DNA from: Gracilinanus agilis
Taxonomy: Eukaryota
Assembly: GCF_016433145.1 (NCBI RefSeq)
Contig: NC_058130.1
Location: 735,156,692-735,220,691 of the forward strand
DNA length: 64,000 nt
Direction: 5' to 3'
Shown here: one piece after another, positions 23,074 to 33,700 of the stretch
Position numbering within the stretch: the first letter of the stretch is position 1
Layout of the letters: every line of letters begins with the position of its first letter
Translations under genes and position numbers: made by a program
Notes under the pieces: model-generated
Told to the model about the DNA's origin: nothing
The model's database searches: none
What the model saw: the letters and a program-made list of their open reading frames with translations, nothing else

Positions 23074-24046
23074 GAGGCACCCCCACCCTAGCCAGTGTCT
23101 CCTGCCCTCTGAAGAAATCTAACTGGCTGTGTGACCCAAGGGGAAGCCTCTCCCCACTCTTGGTTCCTTACTTTCCCCATCTATAAAGGAAGGGGGGTCT
23201 AGCAGTGGATCAACTGGTCTCTAAGGTCCCTTTAGGCCCTAACATTCTAGAATTCCATAGTAAGCCATAGAATTGTGAGTGGTCCATCTCTTTAAGAATT
23301 CTGGTAGTGGTCAAGGCGTAGAAAGGAGAGTTAGTCCATAAAACACTCAGGGCCCAGTGAAAGACCAACCTTGGGTTCCAAGTTGCTACCAGAGCCCAGG
23401 GGTCCTGGTTAAGGCCATCTAGAAACCAGAATGGACTTTAATATTCATGCCATCGGGGTAGCATGGGGTCTCAACCACAATCTCCCACCCCTTTTATGAT
23501 TTCAAAGCACCTTTTAGATATGTACTAGATGCCCCTCCTTTCCTTCCAAATGCTCACTAGGAATATCCCCTGAGCATGTTCCAAGTTGAGAGGTAGGGAG
23601 AGGAGGGAGAGTTTGTTAATAGGTGGAAAGCCTGAGTTGCCAGATGAAAAAGGACTCGATTAGAGAGTATCAGATCATAAATAATGCCTGAGAAGATCTG
23701 TTTTCTAGGCCCAGCTTCATCACTGACTCGCTAAGTAACGTTGGGCAGGTCCTTTCCCCTCTCTAGGTCTCAGTTTCTTTGTCTGTGAAATGGGTAGAAT
23801 AACCTTGTCTGGCCTCCCTCCAAAGACCATACCATTAGGGTCTCCAATGGGGAACCAGAAGATCCACTTTCCAGGCTTAGCTTTGCCTCAGACTCACTTA
23901 TATGCCCTTTTTGTGCCTCAGCTTCCTCATCTGTGAAATGGGAAGGGTAATACTTGCTGTGCCTCCCTCCTCAGATTTGAGTAAGGAGAGGGTATCCTTT
24001 TGAGCTATATTGATGGAAGGAAGACAGATGAGGTGGAGAAAGAGTC

Positions 24047-24052
24047 TTTATT
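24047..24052 (-). terminator. AATAAA polyadenylation signal of the PRSS57-like gene
   Basis: tttatt on + strand, about 207 nt downstream of the TGA at 24259. Confidence 0.7.
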
Positions 24053-24258
24053 CAAAATCAAATTCCTCAATTAAACCAGGAAGGCCCAGTCAATTCTCCC
24101 CTACTGGGCCAGCCCCTCTGAGAACCTTGAAAAGGTGTTTTCCTCTCTCTTGGACTAGGGTTTCCCCCATGTGAGATTGCAGGGAGAGGAAGCCAGATCA
24201 GGTGGGCCATCTGAGCTCCAAAGTCTTGATTTTTGTGTGCTGGGCATCACCAGTAGGA

Positions 24259-24411
24259 TCAATAATGTTGCAGGACGTCATAGATCCAGGGTATGAAGGT
24301 GGAGACACGAGCATAGACATCAGGGAAGCGGGGGTGCCCACAGAGGGGCGTTGAGAAGGACACCACACCTTGAAGCCTCCCTTGGCAGATGAGTGGTCCC
24401 CCGGAGTCTCC
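24259..24411 (-). CDS. PRSS57-like protease exon 5 ([50 protein letters not shown])
   Basis: cag acceptor, catalytic Ser195 in GDSGGP, TGA stop. Confidence 0.93.
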   Translation of the reverse strand, partial: GDSGGPLICQGRLQGVVSFSTPLCGHPRFPDVYARVSTFIPWIYDVLQHY

Positions 24412-25244
24412 CTGCCAAGCAAGAAGGGACAGTATGAGGGCAGAAGAAGACTAAGTAAATATTAAAAGGCCACTGGGGAGAGATGGNNNNNNNNNNNNNN
24501 NNNNNNNNNNNNNNNNNNNNNNNNNNNNNNNNNNNNNNNNNNNNNNNNNNNNNNNNNNNNNNNNNNNNNNNNNNNNNNNNNNNNNNNNNNNNNNNNNNNN
24601 NNNNNNNNNNNNNNNNNNNNGAGAGGGAGAGACAGAGAGATAGACATAGAGAGAGAGGGAGAAAGAGACAAAGAGAGGGAGAGGAAGAGATGGAGGGGGA
24701 GGAAGACAGGAAGAGAGAGAGAGAAAGAAAAAGAGGGAGAGAAAGGGAAAGAGAGGTGGGGAGGGAGAGAGAGGGNNNNNNNNNNNNNNNNNNNNNNNNN
24801 NNNNNNNNNNNNNNNNNNNNNNNNNNNNNNNNNNNNNNNNNNNNNNNNNNNNNNNNNNNNNNNNNNNNNNNNNNNNNNNNNNNNNNNNNNNNNNNNNNNN
24901 NNNATAGACATAGAGAGAGAGGGAGAGACAGAGAGTCAGAGACAGGGAGAGGAGGGGGGAGAGAGAGAGGCAGAGAGACAGAGAGAAAAACCTAAGGAAA
25001 GAGATGGACACCCTACCTATTGGGGACTACTAGGCCTACCAGTGTGTCCCTCAAGGATCTTCTAGGCTAACAGCTGACTTCTAAGAAGGTGGGAGACAAG
25101 GACAGAGAAAGACACAGGGAAGGTGGAGAAACTGGGAGCCAGATGAGGGAAGGGCCTTGCCCCAGATTATTCTCTGATGAGGGAGGGGGCAGAATTGGGG
25201 CTAGAATGCAATTCTCCCAGCTCCCTTTTCCTCACAATCCTCAC

Positions 25245-25508
25245 CCCACAGACGCCCCGGAACTGGCCTCTCACAGAGCCCAAAGCGCAGACCATGTCCT
25301 GGTTGATGACTCCATTCCAGGAGCTGTTGCAGGCCTGCTTGGTTACCACCACAACAGACGCCTCCATGAGTACCTTTGCGGGATTATTCAGGCCTGTGGT
25401 GTCCCCCCAGCCACACACGTGGCACTGAGTCCCTGGGAAGACTGCTGTGTTCCATCTGGGAAGGCTGACCAGCCTCACTGACCTCGTGAGCAAAGCGGTG
25501 CCATTGAG
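25245..25508 (-). CDS. PRSS57-like protease exon 4 (LNGTALL...CHVCGWG...LMEA...CNSSWNG...RGVCG)
   Basis: 264 nt, phase 0/0, cag acceptor and gtgagg donor; lies within ORF 25167..25544. Confidence 0.93.
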
Positions 25509-25559
25509 CTGCAGGGAACAGAAGAGGCAGGAAGAGTTAAACATGGGGACAGAGATGGT

Positions 25560-25672
25560 GACACCTGAGAGATAGAGAGAGGGGAGGGAGAGGGGGATAG
25601 AGGGAGACAGAGAGAAAGGAGGAAGAAAGGGAGAGAAGGGAGGTAGAAGGAGGAGAGAAAGAGAAACAGGGA

Positions 25673-25737
<65 letters not shown>

Positions 25738-25820
25738 TGATAGACAAGGGATAGAGAAAGGCTTAGAGAGTAACAGAGAAAAGAGAAATGATAAGAGACA
25801 AAAACAAAGACAAGGAAAGA
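25560..25820. repeat. (GA)n / purine-rich tract
   Basis: directly visible; similar tracts at 24620-25010, 29045-29340 and 53100-53147. Confidence 0.9.
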
Positions 25821-25969
25821 GGCAGAGATGTGTTCTGAAATTCTTGGGGTTCACCCTTTCCCAATAGCCCTGGGAGTGGGGGCCACTTCCTCCTTCTCTC
25901 CTGTATCCCAAGCCTCAGACTGCCTCACTGGTCCCAGAGAACTGGGTAGCCTTGGGTTTAGGGGCTCAC

Positions 25970-26114
25970 CTTGAGCAGCTGTAGGTCACTGGTATCGGCC
26001 TGGGAATTATAGAGCGGATAAGGGACAGCCTGAAGGATCCCAAACACCTGCTGGGTTGACTCTGGGGTCAGCAGGGAGTGAGCACCCAGAACTATTTTGA
26101 AGTCAGTTAGGTTC
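25970..26114 (-). CDS. PRSS57-like protease exon 3 (NLTDFKIVLGAHSLLTPESTQQVFGI...SDLQLLK)
   Basis: 145 nt (same as PRSS57 exon 3), Asp102, cag acceptor and gtgagc donor. Confidence 0.93.
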
Positions 26115-26584
26115 CTGCAGCCCCAGGGAGGGAAGAAGAGACGTTAGCTTCTAGAGGATGGGGGATCCCTCCTCGATTCCCTCTCCAGTGATCTCAGCAT
26201 TCTGTCCCCACCCTGGGCAAAAAACATTTCTGGGACCTCTCCTGCCATACACCCTAGTAGAAGTGCCAATAAGCAGTGGAGAAAATGGAAACTCCCCAAA
26301 GCAAGACATCTACCCAGGGTCACACAGTGAGTCTGAAGGATGAGAGCCTTGGTCTCCTGGCTCCTTTCCATCCTGCATTTCCTTCCTTCCCCATTTTATA
26401 CTTGACAGAAAGGGAAGTTGAGGCTCGGGGACTTGCCCAAGGTCATGAAATAAATCTATAGGACTGGAACTCTGTCCCAAACTAGGGTGAGTTGCCAAGT
26501 GACTTCTGGGAGAGCTGATGTGACTGGGACTTTGGGACAGGGCACGGAAGTCAGGGAAGGGATGGGTCCCAGGGCTGGACTCAC

Positions 26585-26738
26585 TTGGAGACCTCACAGT
26601 GGGCAGCTGTGAGCACCCACTGAGGCCGGATGAGGGCCCCCCCGCAGAAGTGCTCACCCTCGTACTGGATGGAGACTGCATATGGGTAGGAGTGGGGTCT
26701 GGCTTCTTGACCCCCCACGATTTGGCCTTGGTGGGCTC
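26585..26738 (-). CDS. PRSS57-like protease exon 2 ([19 protein letters not shown]...[18 protein letters not shown])
   Basis: 154 nt (same as PRSS57 exon 2), IVGG N-terminus, His57, gtgagt donor. Confidence 0.93.
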
Positions 26739-29700
26739 CTGGGGACAGAAACGAGTGTCTAAGCCTTCTTCATGGAGTTCCACATCCCAGATCTGGGGGA
26801 TATGCTGTCTCCAGAAGGCACTTTCATTCTCAGGGCACTCCTGAGTAGAGTCAGTGTTATCAAAGGATCTTGGCGAGAGTCCACTAGGATCTGTCAGGGT
26901 ACTCTGGGTGGGGAGGAAGGAAGGAAGGCTCGAATTGTCAAGATGACCATCTTCCAGAGTAATCTAGCCTTCAAGGTCTCAGGAAAAATACCCTGAGGTC
27001 TCAAATCAGACTCCACTGTCTTCTCAGACACAGGAGCAAGAAAAGAGTGACAGAGACAGAAGACACTGTACTGCTCAAGAAAATTCTATGATTCCCTATT
27101 GCGTCTAAGATAAAAGACCAACTCATCTCTAGAATTGAGATTCGGACTCTTTAAAAAAAAATCCTTTCCTTCCTTTCTATCTTAGTAAGAAAACAAATTT
27201 TTTTTAAACCCTTACCTTTTGTCTTAGAATCAATCCTCTGACCTCAGACACTTCCTAGCTGGGTGACCCTGGACAAGTCACTTGACCTCCATTGCCTAGC
27301 CCTGACCACTCTTCTGCCTTAGAACCTCTTACCTTCTTTCTGTCTTAGAACCAATACTAAGTATTAGTTCCAAGACAGAAGAGTGGTCAGGACTAGGCAA
27401 TGGGGGTCAAGTGACTTGCCCAGGGTCAACCAGCTAGGCAGTGTCTGAGGCCAGCTTTGAACCCAGGACCTCCCGTCTCTGGGCCTGGCTCTCCATCCAC
27501 CGAGGCACTTAACTGCCCCCTTTCTTTCTATCTTAGTAACAATTTTAAGACAGAAGGATGAGGGCTAGGCAAACAGGGGTAAGTTATTTGTTCAGGGTCA
27601 CATAACTAGGAAGTATCTGAGACCAAATTTGAATCCGGGTCCTCCCAACTCCAAGCCTGGCTCTCTGTCCATTGTGCCACCTAGCTATTAGCTGCCCTGA
27701 CAATCTGACTCGAACCCGTCTTCCTAGAGGGATCCCACGTTATTTCCCATTCACATGCTCCGTGTTGTATCTCTGCCCCTGGGGAGGTCTCCATCTTCCC
27801 CTGTGCTTTTTTGACCCTTCTTGCTTGGCAGGATTCTGTCTGGGAGATTCTCCCTCTTCGCCCCCGTCCAGTAGGACTCCTTCCGTGTTCTTAATGATCT
27901 CTCGGACCCCAGAAACTATTTTGTATTCACTCTTTATGTTTGTCTATGTAGGTGGTGTTCCTTGAGGGCAGAGAGGGTTTGGGTTTTGTCTTGGCATCTC
28001 TAGTAGCCCCGGCACATAGTAGGCCCTCCAAAATGTTTGTGGAATAGCAGTGAATTTTATTTGCTGTTACAACTAACTCCCCATCTCGCCTTATGTCCCT
28101 TGCACTAGATGCACACACACACCCTACGTGCATGTGGTTGCTTTGGCCGGATGACACATTTTCAGGATGACTCCGGAGGAGAACAAATATAGAACAAAAA
28201 TAAGAGGCACTCCAGAGACAGAGACTGAAACAGAGTAGAGGCAAAGATGGCCAAGGACTGGGTTTGCCACTCATTCAGCCATTCAGGAAGTACCTACTAT
28301 GTGCCAGGCACTTGGTTAACCAGCAGGGATACCGAGAAAGGCAAAAGACAGCCCCTGCCCTCATGGAGCTCACAGTCCAATGAAGGAGGCCACATGCAAA
28401 CAGCTATGGACAAATACACTATGTAGGAGGTAGCTGGGTGGCCCAGTGGATAGAGAGTCAGGCCTGGAGTTGGGAGGACCTGAGTTCAAATCTGGCCTCA
28501 GATACTTCCTAGCTATGTGCCCCTGGGTAAGTCACTTAACCCCCATTGCCTAGCTGTTACTCTTCTGCCTTGGAACTAATACTTAGTATTGATTCTAAGG
28601 CAGAAGGTAAAGGGGTTTAAAAAAAAAAAAGCAATTTATAGGGTAGATTGGAGATACTCATCAGAGGGAAGGCATTAGCATTAAGGAGGACCGCCAAAAA
28701 TTTGCTGTAGAAGGTGGGACTTGAAGGAAGCCAGAGATGCCAAAAGGCAGAGACAAGGAGAGAATGTTTCTGGCAGGAGGGATAGTCAATGAAAATGTCT
28801 GGACAGGCAGAGAGGCAGGGACAGAGATACTTTAACCCCAGAAAAGGGAGACCAGGAGATGGATTCCTGAGAAGAAGTTTGTCCTAGGATANNNNNNNNN
28901 NNNNNNNNNNNNNNNNNNNNNNNNNNNNNNNNNNNNNNNNNNNNNNNNNNNNNNNNNNNNNNNNNNNNNNNNNNNNNNNNNNNNNNNNNNNNNNNNNNNN
29001 NNNNNNNNNNNNNNNNNNNNNNNNNNNNNNNNNNNNNNNNNNNNCAGACAGACAGAGGAGAGAGACAGACAGACAGACAGAGACAAAGAGACAGACAGAG
29101 GAGGTACAGACAGACAGACAGAGGAGAGAGATAGACAGAGACAAATGGACACACAGAGGAGAGAGAGAGACAGAGACAAACACAGACAGAGAGACAGAGA
29201 CAAAGAGAGACACAGACAGACAGAGACAAACACAGACAACAGAGAGAGGAGAGACAGAGGAGAGGGAGAGACAGAGAGAGGAGGGAGAGAAAAGGAGGGA
29301 GAGGGAAAGAGAGAAGGAGAGAGAGAGGTGGGGGAAAGTATAGTAAGGATTTGTGCCTCAGAGCCTGAGAGGTGTTTCCTAGCCCAGTGACCCTGGGCAA
29401 GTCACTTAATCCCATTGCCTAGCCCTTACCACTCTTTGGCCTTAGAATTAATATTGATTCTAAGAGGGAAGGTAAGGGTTCGAGATGGGGGAGCCTGAGG
29501 GCTGGCTGGTCCCCACAAGCATCAAACACACTCCAATTCCAGCTCACTAAAGGCCTGAGGAGCAAAGAGAGACCTCTTTGGGGAGAACTTCCCCAATTTT
29601 AGGATTGCAATAAGGCAATAGGAACTCCTCTTTCTGTTTTGAAAGCTGCTTGGTTTCCCCTATCTGCTAAGCCTCCTAGTTGCTCTCTAACTTCTCAGAT

Positions 29701-29856
29701 AGGGAAACTGAGGCGCAGAGAGAAGGCCCCTGTTCAGGGTCACCTGACGATTCAAAGTCCAAGCTGAGGCCAGTGCCCCCATCTCCTGGCTTCTCCCCTG
29801 GTACATGGTCCTAGGAGAGGGGCTGAGGCACACTTGGGGCAGGGGCAGACCATTAC

Positions 29857-29923
29857 CTGAGGAGGTCAGCTGGCCCAGGGTCGCCACCCAGGACAGGAGC
29901 GTAGAGATCCCGGGGGCCCTCAT
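29857..29923 (-). CDS. PRSS57-like protease exon 1 (signal peptide MRAPGISTLLSWVATLGQLTSSG)
   Basis: gcaccATG Kozak context, 67 nt, phase-1 gtaatg donor in frame with exon 2, TATA-like box upstream. Confidence 0.8.
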
Positions 29924-29983
29924 GGTGCTTGCCAGAGTCTTTGTTCACACCTTGGAACAGGACTGGGCCTGGGATGGTTCCAA

Positions 29984-29990
29984 TTAAATA
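29984..29990 (-). promoter_or_regulatory. TATA-like TATTTAA of the PRSS57-like gene
   Basis: about 60 nt upstream of the ATG on the minus strand. Confidence 0.55.
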
Positions 29991-31244
29991 GTGTATGTGG
30001 GGGACAGGAAGCAGGAGTTGGGGGACGGTTATTGGGGGGGGAAATGTCTATTCATCCCATCCATCTGGGCTGGGCTCCTTCCCTTCTTCCCTTGTGAAAT
30101 TTGGGATGTCATCACCTCCCAACGGCCCGCGGGGGTTGCCAAAGCGGTCTGGAGCCAGACTCAGCATCCCCAGCCCCTGGGACTTGTTTCACAGCCCTCA
30201 AAGCATCTTGAGACTTTTACTTCGATGTCCTAAGCACCCTGGAATCTGCCTCAGAGGCCAGGGACTCCCAAGGACCACGTCAGGCCTCTAGAGTTCTGTG
30301 GGACCTACTAAGGTATCCACAATCCCCTGGGGTCCTTCCTAGCACCCCCCTCTTCCCCCAAGGATCCCCCTCAGGTCTGGAAGTCCTCCTATTACCCAGA
30401 GTCCCTTAGTATATATCTGTTCTAGAGGCATCCCAGAATCTAGCCTCGACCCTGGGCTCTGCCCCAGTTCTCAGAATCCCCCAGGACCCTCCCCAGGGCC
30501 CGGAATTCTTTAGTATCCGCCTCAGTTGTGGTGACATCCCATAACCTATTACTGCCTTCTCTTTCCCTTCAGGATTTATCTCAATGGAGGCAGAGAGCTC
30601 CCTGGGAGCCAGCTGTGTCAGTCCCTGCTCTGGGAATGGCACAGGAGGCTGCTGCTCCTGGGAGCCAGCATCCCCCTGTGTTTCATCTCCCCGAGGTTTT
30701 CCAGCAGAGTGTTTCAGGGAGGAGAGGAGGGAGTTTAGGGGTCAGGGGGGGTTACCCCAAATCAAGTCTTGAGGATGGAATCCTGGGGAATCAAATGCAT
30801 GGTCCTTGTTTCCTCTACCTTTCAGCATTCTAGAAACACCAGTTGTGGCTATGGCCCCAACATCCTTAGGATAAACTATAGGCTCTTCCTTTCATAAGCT
30901 CTGCCTGTCCAAAGCACGAAAGAACTCTATTCTAGAAGTCAGGAAACCAAAGCTCTTTTTTGTTGTTGTTCTTAATTCTTATCTTCTGTCTTAGGTAAGT
31001 ATCAGTATCAAGGCAGAAGAGTGGAAAGGACTAGGCAAACAGTGTTAAGTGACTTGCCCAGGGTCACACAGCTAGGTAGCCTCTGAGGATCACATTTGAA
31101 CCTTCCTCAGGTCTGGCTCTCTATCCACTGAGCCACCTGGCTGTCCCTAGGAAACCCAAGTTCTAGTCACAGCACTCCCCCACTGTTCGACCATGGACAA
31201 ATCACTTTCCCTTTCTGATTCTCAGTTTTTTCTTTCTTTTTATT

Positions 31245-31860
31245 TATTTATTTATATTTAAATATTTTATTTTTTTTAGAAAAATTTTCTATGGTTACAT
31301 GATTTCTGTTTTTACTTTTCCCTTCACCCCCTCTTCAGCCCCCCCCCATATACAACTCGCATTTCCACTGGTTTTAACATGTATGATCAGTCAAGACTTA
31401 ATTACATATTATTGATAGTGTGGTCATTTAGTATATATCCCCAACCATGTCTGCATCAACCCATGTGTTCAAGCAGTTGTTTTTCTTCTGTTTCCACTCC
31501 TGTAGTTCTTCCTCTGAATGTGGGTAGCATTCTTTTCCATAAATCCCTCAGAGCTGTCCTGGGTCATTGCATTACTGCCAGTATAGAAGTCCATTACATT
31601 CGATTTTACCACAGTGTATCAGTCTCTGTGTACAATGTTCTTCTGGCTCTGCTCCTTTCACTCTGCATCAGTTCCTGGAGGTCTTTCCAGTTCACATGGA
31701 ATTCCTCCAGTTTATTATTCCCTTGAGCACAATAGTATTCCATCACCCGCATATACCACAATTTGTTCAGCCATTCCCCAATTGAAGGGCATACCCTTGT
31801 TTTCCAGTTTTTAGCCACCGCAAAAAGCGCAGCTATAAATATTTTTGTGCAAGTCTGTTT
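31245..31860 (-). mobile_element. L1 3' fragment (ORF2 C-terminus plus 3' UTR and polyA)
   Basis: ORF 31606..31818 reads AKNWKTRVCPSIGEWLNKLWYMRVMEYY, the L1 ORF2 C-terminal motif; T-rich tail. Confidence 0.92.
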
Positions 31861-33444
31861 ATCTCTGATCAGTTTTTTTCATCTGTATCATCTTCATCTA
31901 TATTATCAAAATGGTGGCAGTGGGAGGTGGAGGGGTAGATGAGATGAGATCTGTGGTCCTTTCCAAAAAGGGTAAAAGGCGGGGAGGAGAGGTCAGCCTT
32001 TGGCTGGACTCAGAAGTTTCTAAGAAGGTGATTTGTGTAATCTTCCTCCTTTCCTTCCCCTTCAGAAGGCCTCTAGGATTTCCTGGATTGGTTGGTTAGA
32101 GGAAACAGCTGGCTGCCTGGCAGTTGGGAGGAATGGGGAAATCTGGGATTTGGAGCTAGATGAACTGGGAGAGATCATAGAAGAAGCAGAAACAATGGGG
32201 CACACCTGAGAGACTGCCTGTGTGGGGCAGAGGGGATAGACTACCGGGTTTGGGATCAGAAAGATCTGGATTCTTACGCCAGCCTATTCAGCTCGGGATT
32301 TATTTTTTTCTGAGATTGTTTCCTCATTTTCAGATTTGGAAGAATAATCTTTGTCATCCCTATTTCATGAGATAATGCATATAAAGTGTTTTGGAAAATT
32401 CAAAGAGGCATAGAAACATCCCTGATTACTATTTTTGGTTTGTTTTAAGGCAGAGTTTAAGTGATTTATCCAGGGTCACACGGCTAGTGAATTTAAGAGG
32501 CCAGATTTGATACCAGAATTCTATCTACTGAGCCATCTAGCTGCCTCCCACCCTTTATTATTTATTATTAACGGATCTTAGATTTCAAGTCAGGAGAAAT
32601 CAGACTTGGAGATCACAAGGTCAGAGATTCAGGGACTAAAGAAATATAGACTAAGAGAGGGAAGACATTGTAGAGAACATTAGATCATATATTTAAAAAG
32701 TGTTAAATAATTGAATAATAGATTTAGAGATGGAAGTGATATTAGGGGTCATCTAATCCCTCTTATTTTTTCCAGAAGAGGATAACCAAGATCCCTAGAA
32801 CCTAAATGACTTGCTCAAGCTCACCCAGGCATAGCAGTCAAGATTTGAATTCAGGTCCTCAGACTGCTTAGGTAGCTAGGTGGTACAGTGGGTAGAATGC
32901 CAGGTCTGGAGTCTTCCTGAGTTCAGATTTGATCTGATACTTACTAGCTGTGTGATCCTGGGCAAGTCATTTAACTCTGTTGGCCTCAGTTTCCTCATCT
33001 GTAAAATGAACTGGAGAAGAAAAAAGCAAACCACTCAGGTATCCCTGCCAAGAAAATCCCAAATGGAGTCACAAAGAATAGAACACAGCTGAAAAAGAAG
33101 AGACATGAGACTCTAACTATAACCTTCTTTCTGAAACTAGGGGCTAGAGATGATAAGGGACATGCCCTGAATCTTCTCCATAGCCTCCCAGAGATATCAT
33201 TTCTCTTATCTCTGCAGTTCCAAAGTCAATTTTCCTTCTGAGGGCTCTTGGGGAGGAAGGATGGTTTGAAAGTTCTTGAAGGAGGAAGAGGACATCCCTA
33301 GATGTCATTCTAGTCTCATTAAGCCTAGTGCAAGATGAGGAGGAAGGAACTGGTCTGTATCCAAACTCATCTCTCCTCTGTCTCCTTTCAGAGCTTTAGG
33401 GAAGGAATTAGATCTAGGCTAGTCCCTGCCTGTCACTAACTTTC

Positions 33445-33700
33445 AAGTCACTTCACCCTGTTGGCCTCAGTTTCCTCATCTGTCAAATGAGCTGGAGAAG
33501 GAAAAGGCAAACCTAGCTGGGTAATCCTAGCCAAGTTACTTCACCCTCTTGGCCTCAGTTTCCTCATTTGTAAAATGACCTGGAGAAGAAAATGGGAAAC
33601 CTAGCTGGATGACCCTAAGCAAGTCACTTCACCCTGTTGGCCTCAGTTTCCTCTTTTTGTGAAATGAGCTGGAAAAGGAAATGATGAACCATTCCAGTTT
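33445..33700 (+). mobile_element. MAR1-like SINE core repeated three times in tandem (about 90-nt unit)
   Basis: three copies of caagtcacttcaccc...cctcagtttcc...ctggagaagga. Confidence 0.8.

Noticed and set aside
9886-29044. ORFs spanning N runs, and gaps possibly hiding exons
   Set aside because: They are artefacts of N translation. All exons of the three complete genes are accounted for outside the gaps.
33445-33700. CRISPR-like repeat array
   Set aside because: The DNA is eukaryotic, and the units are SINE cores without unique spacers.
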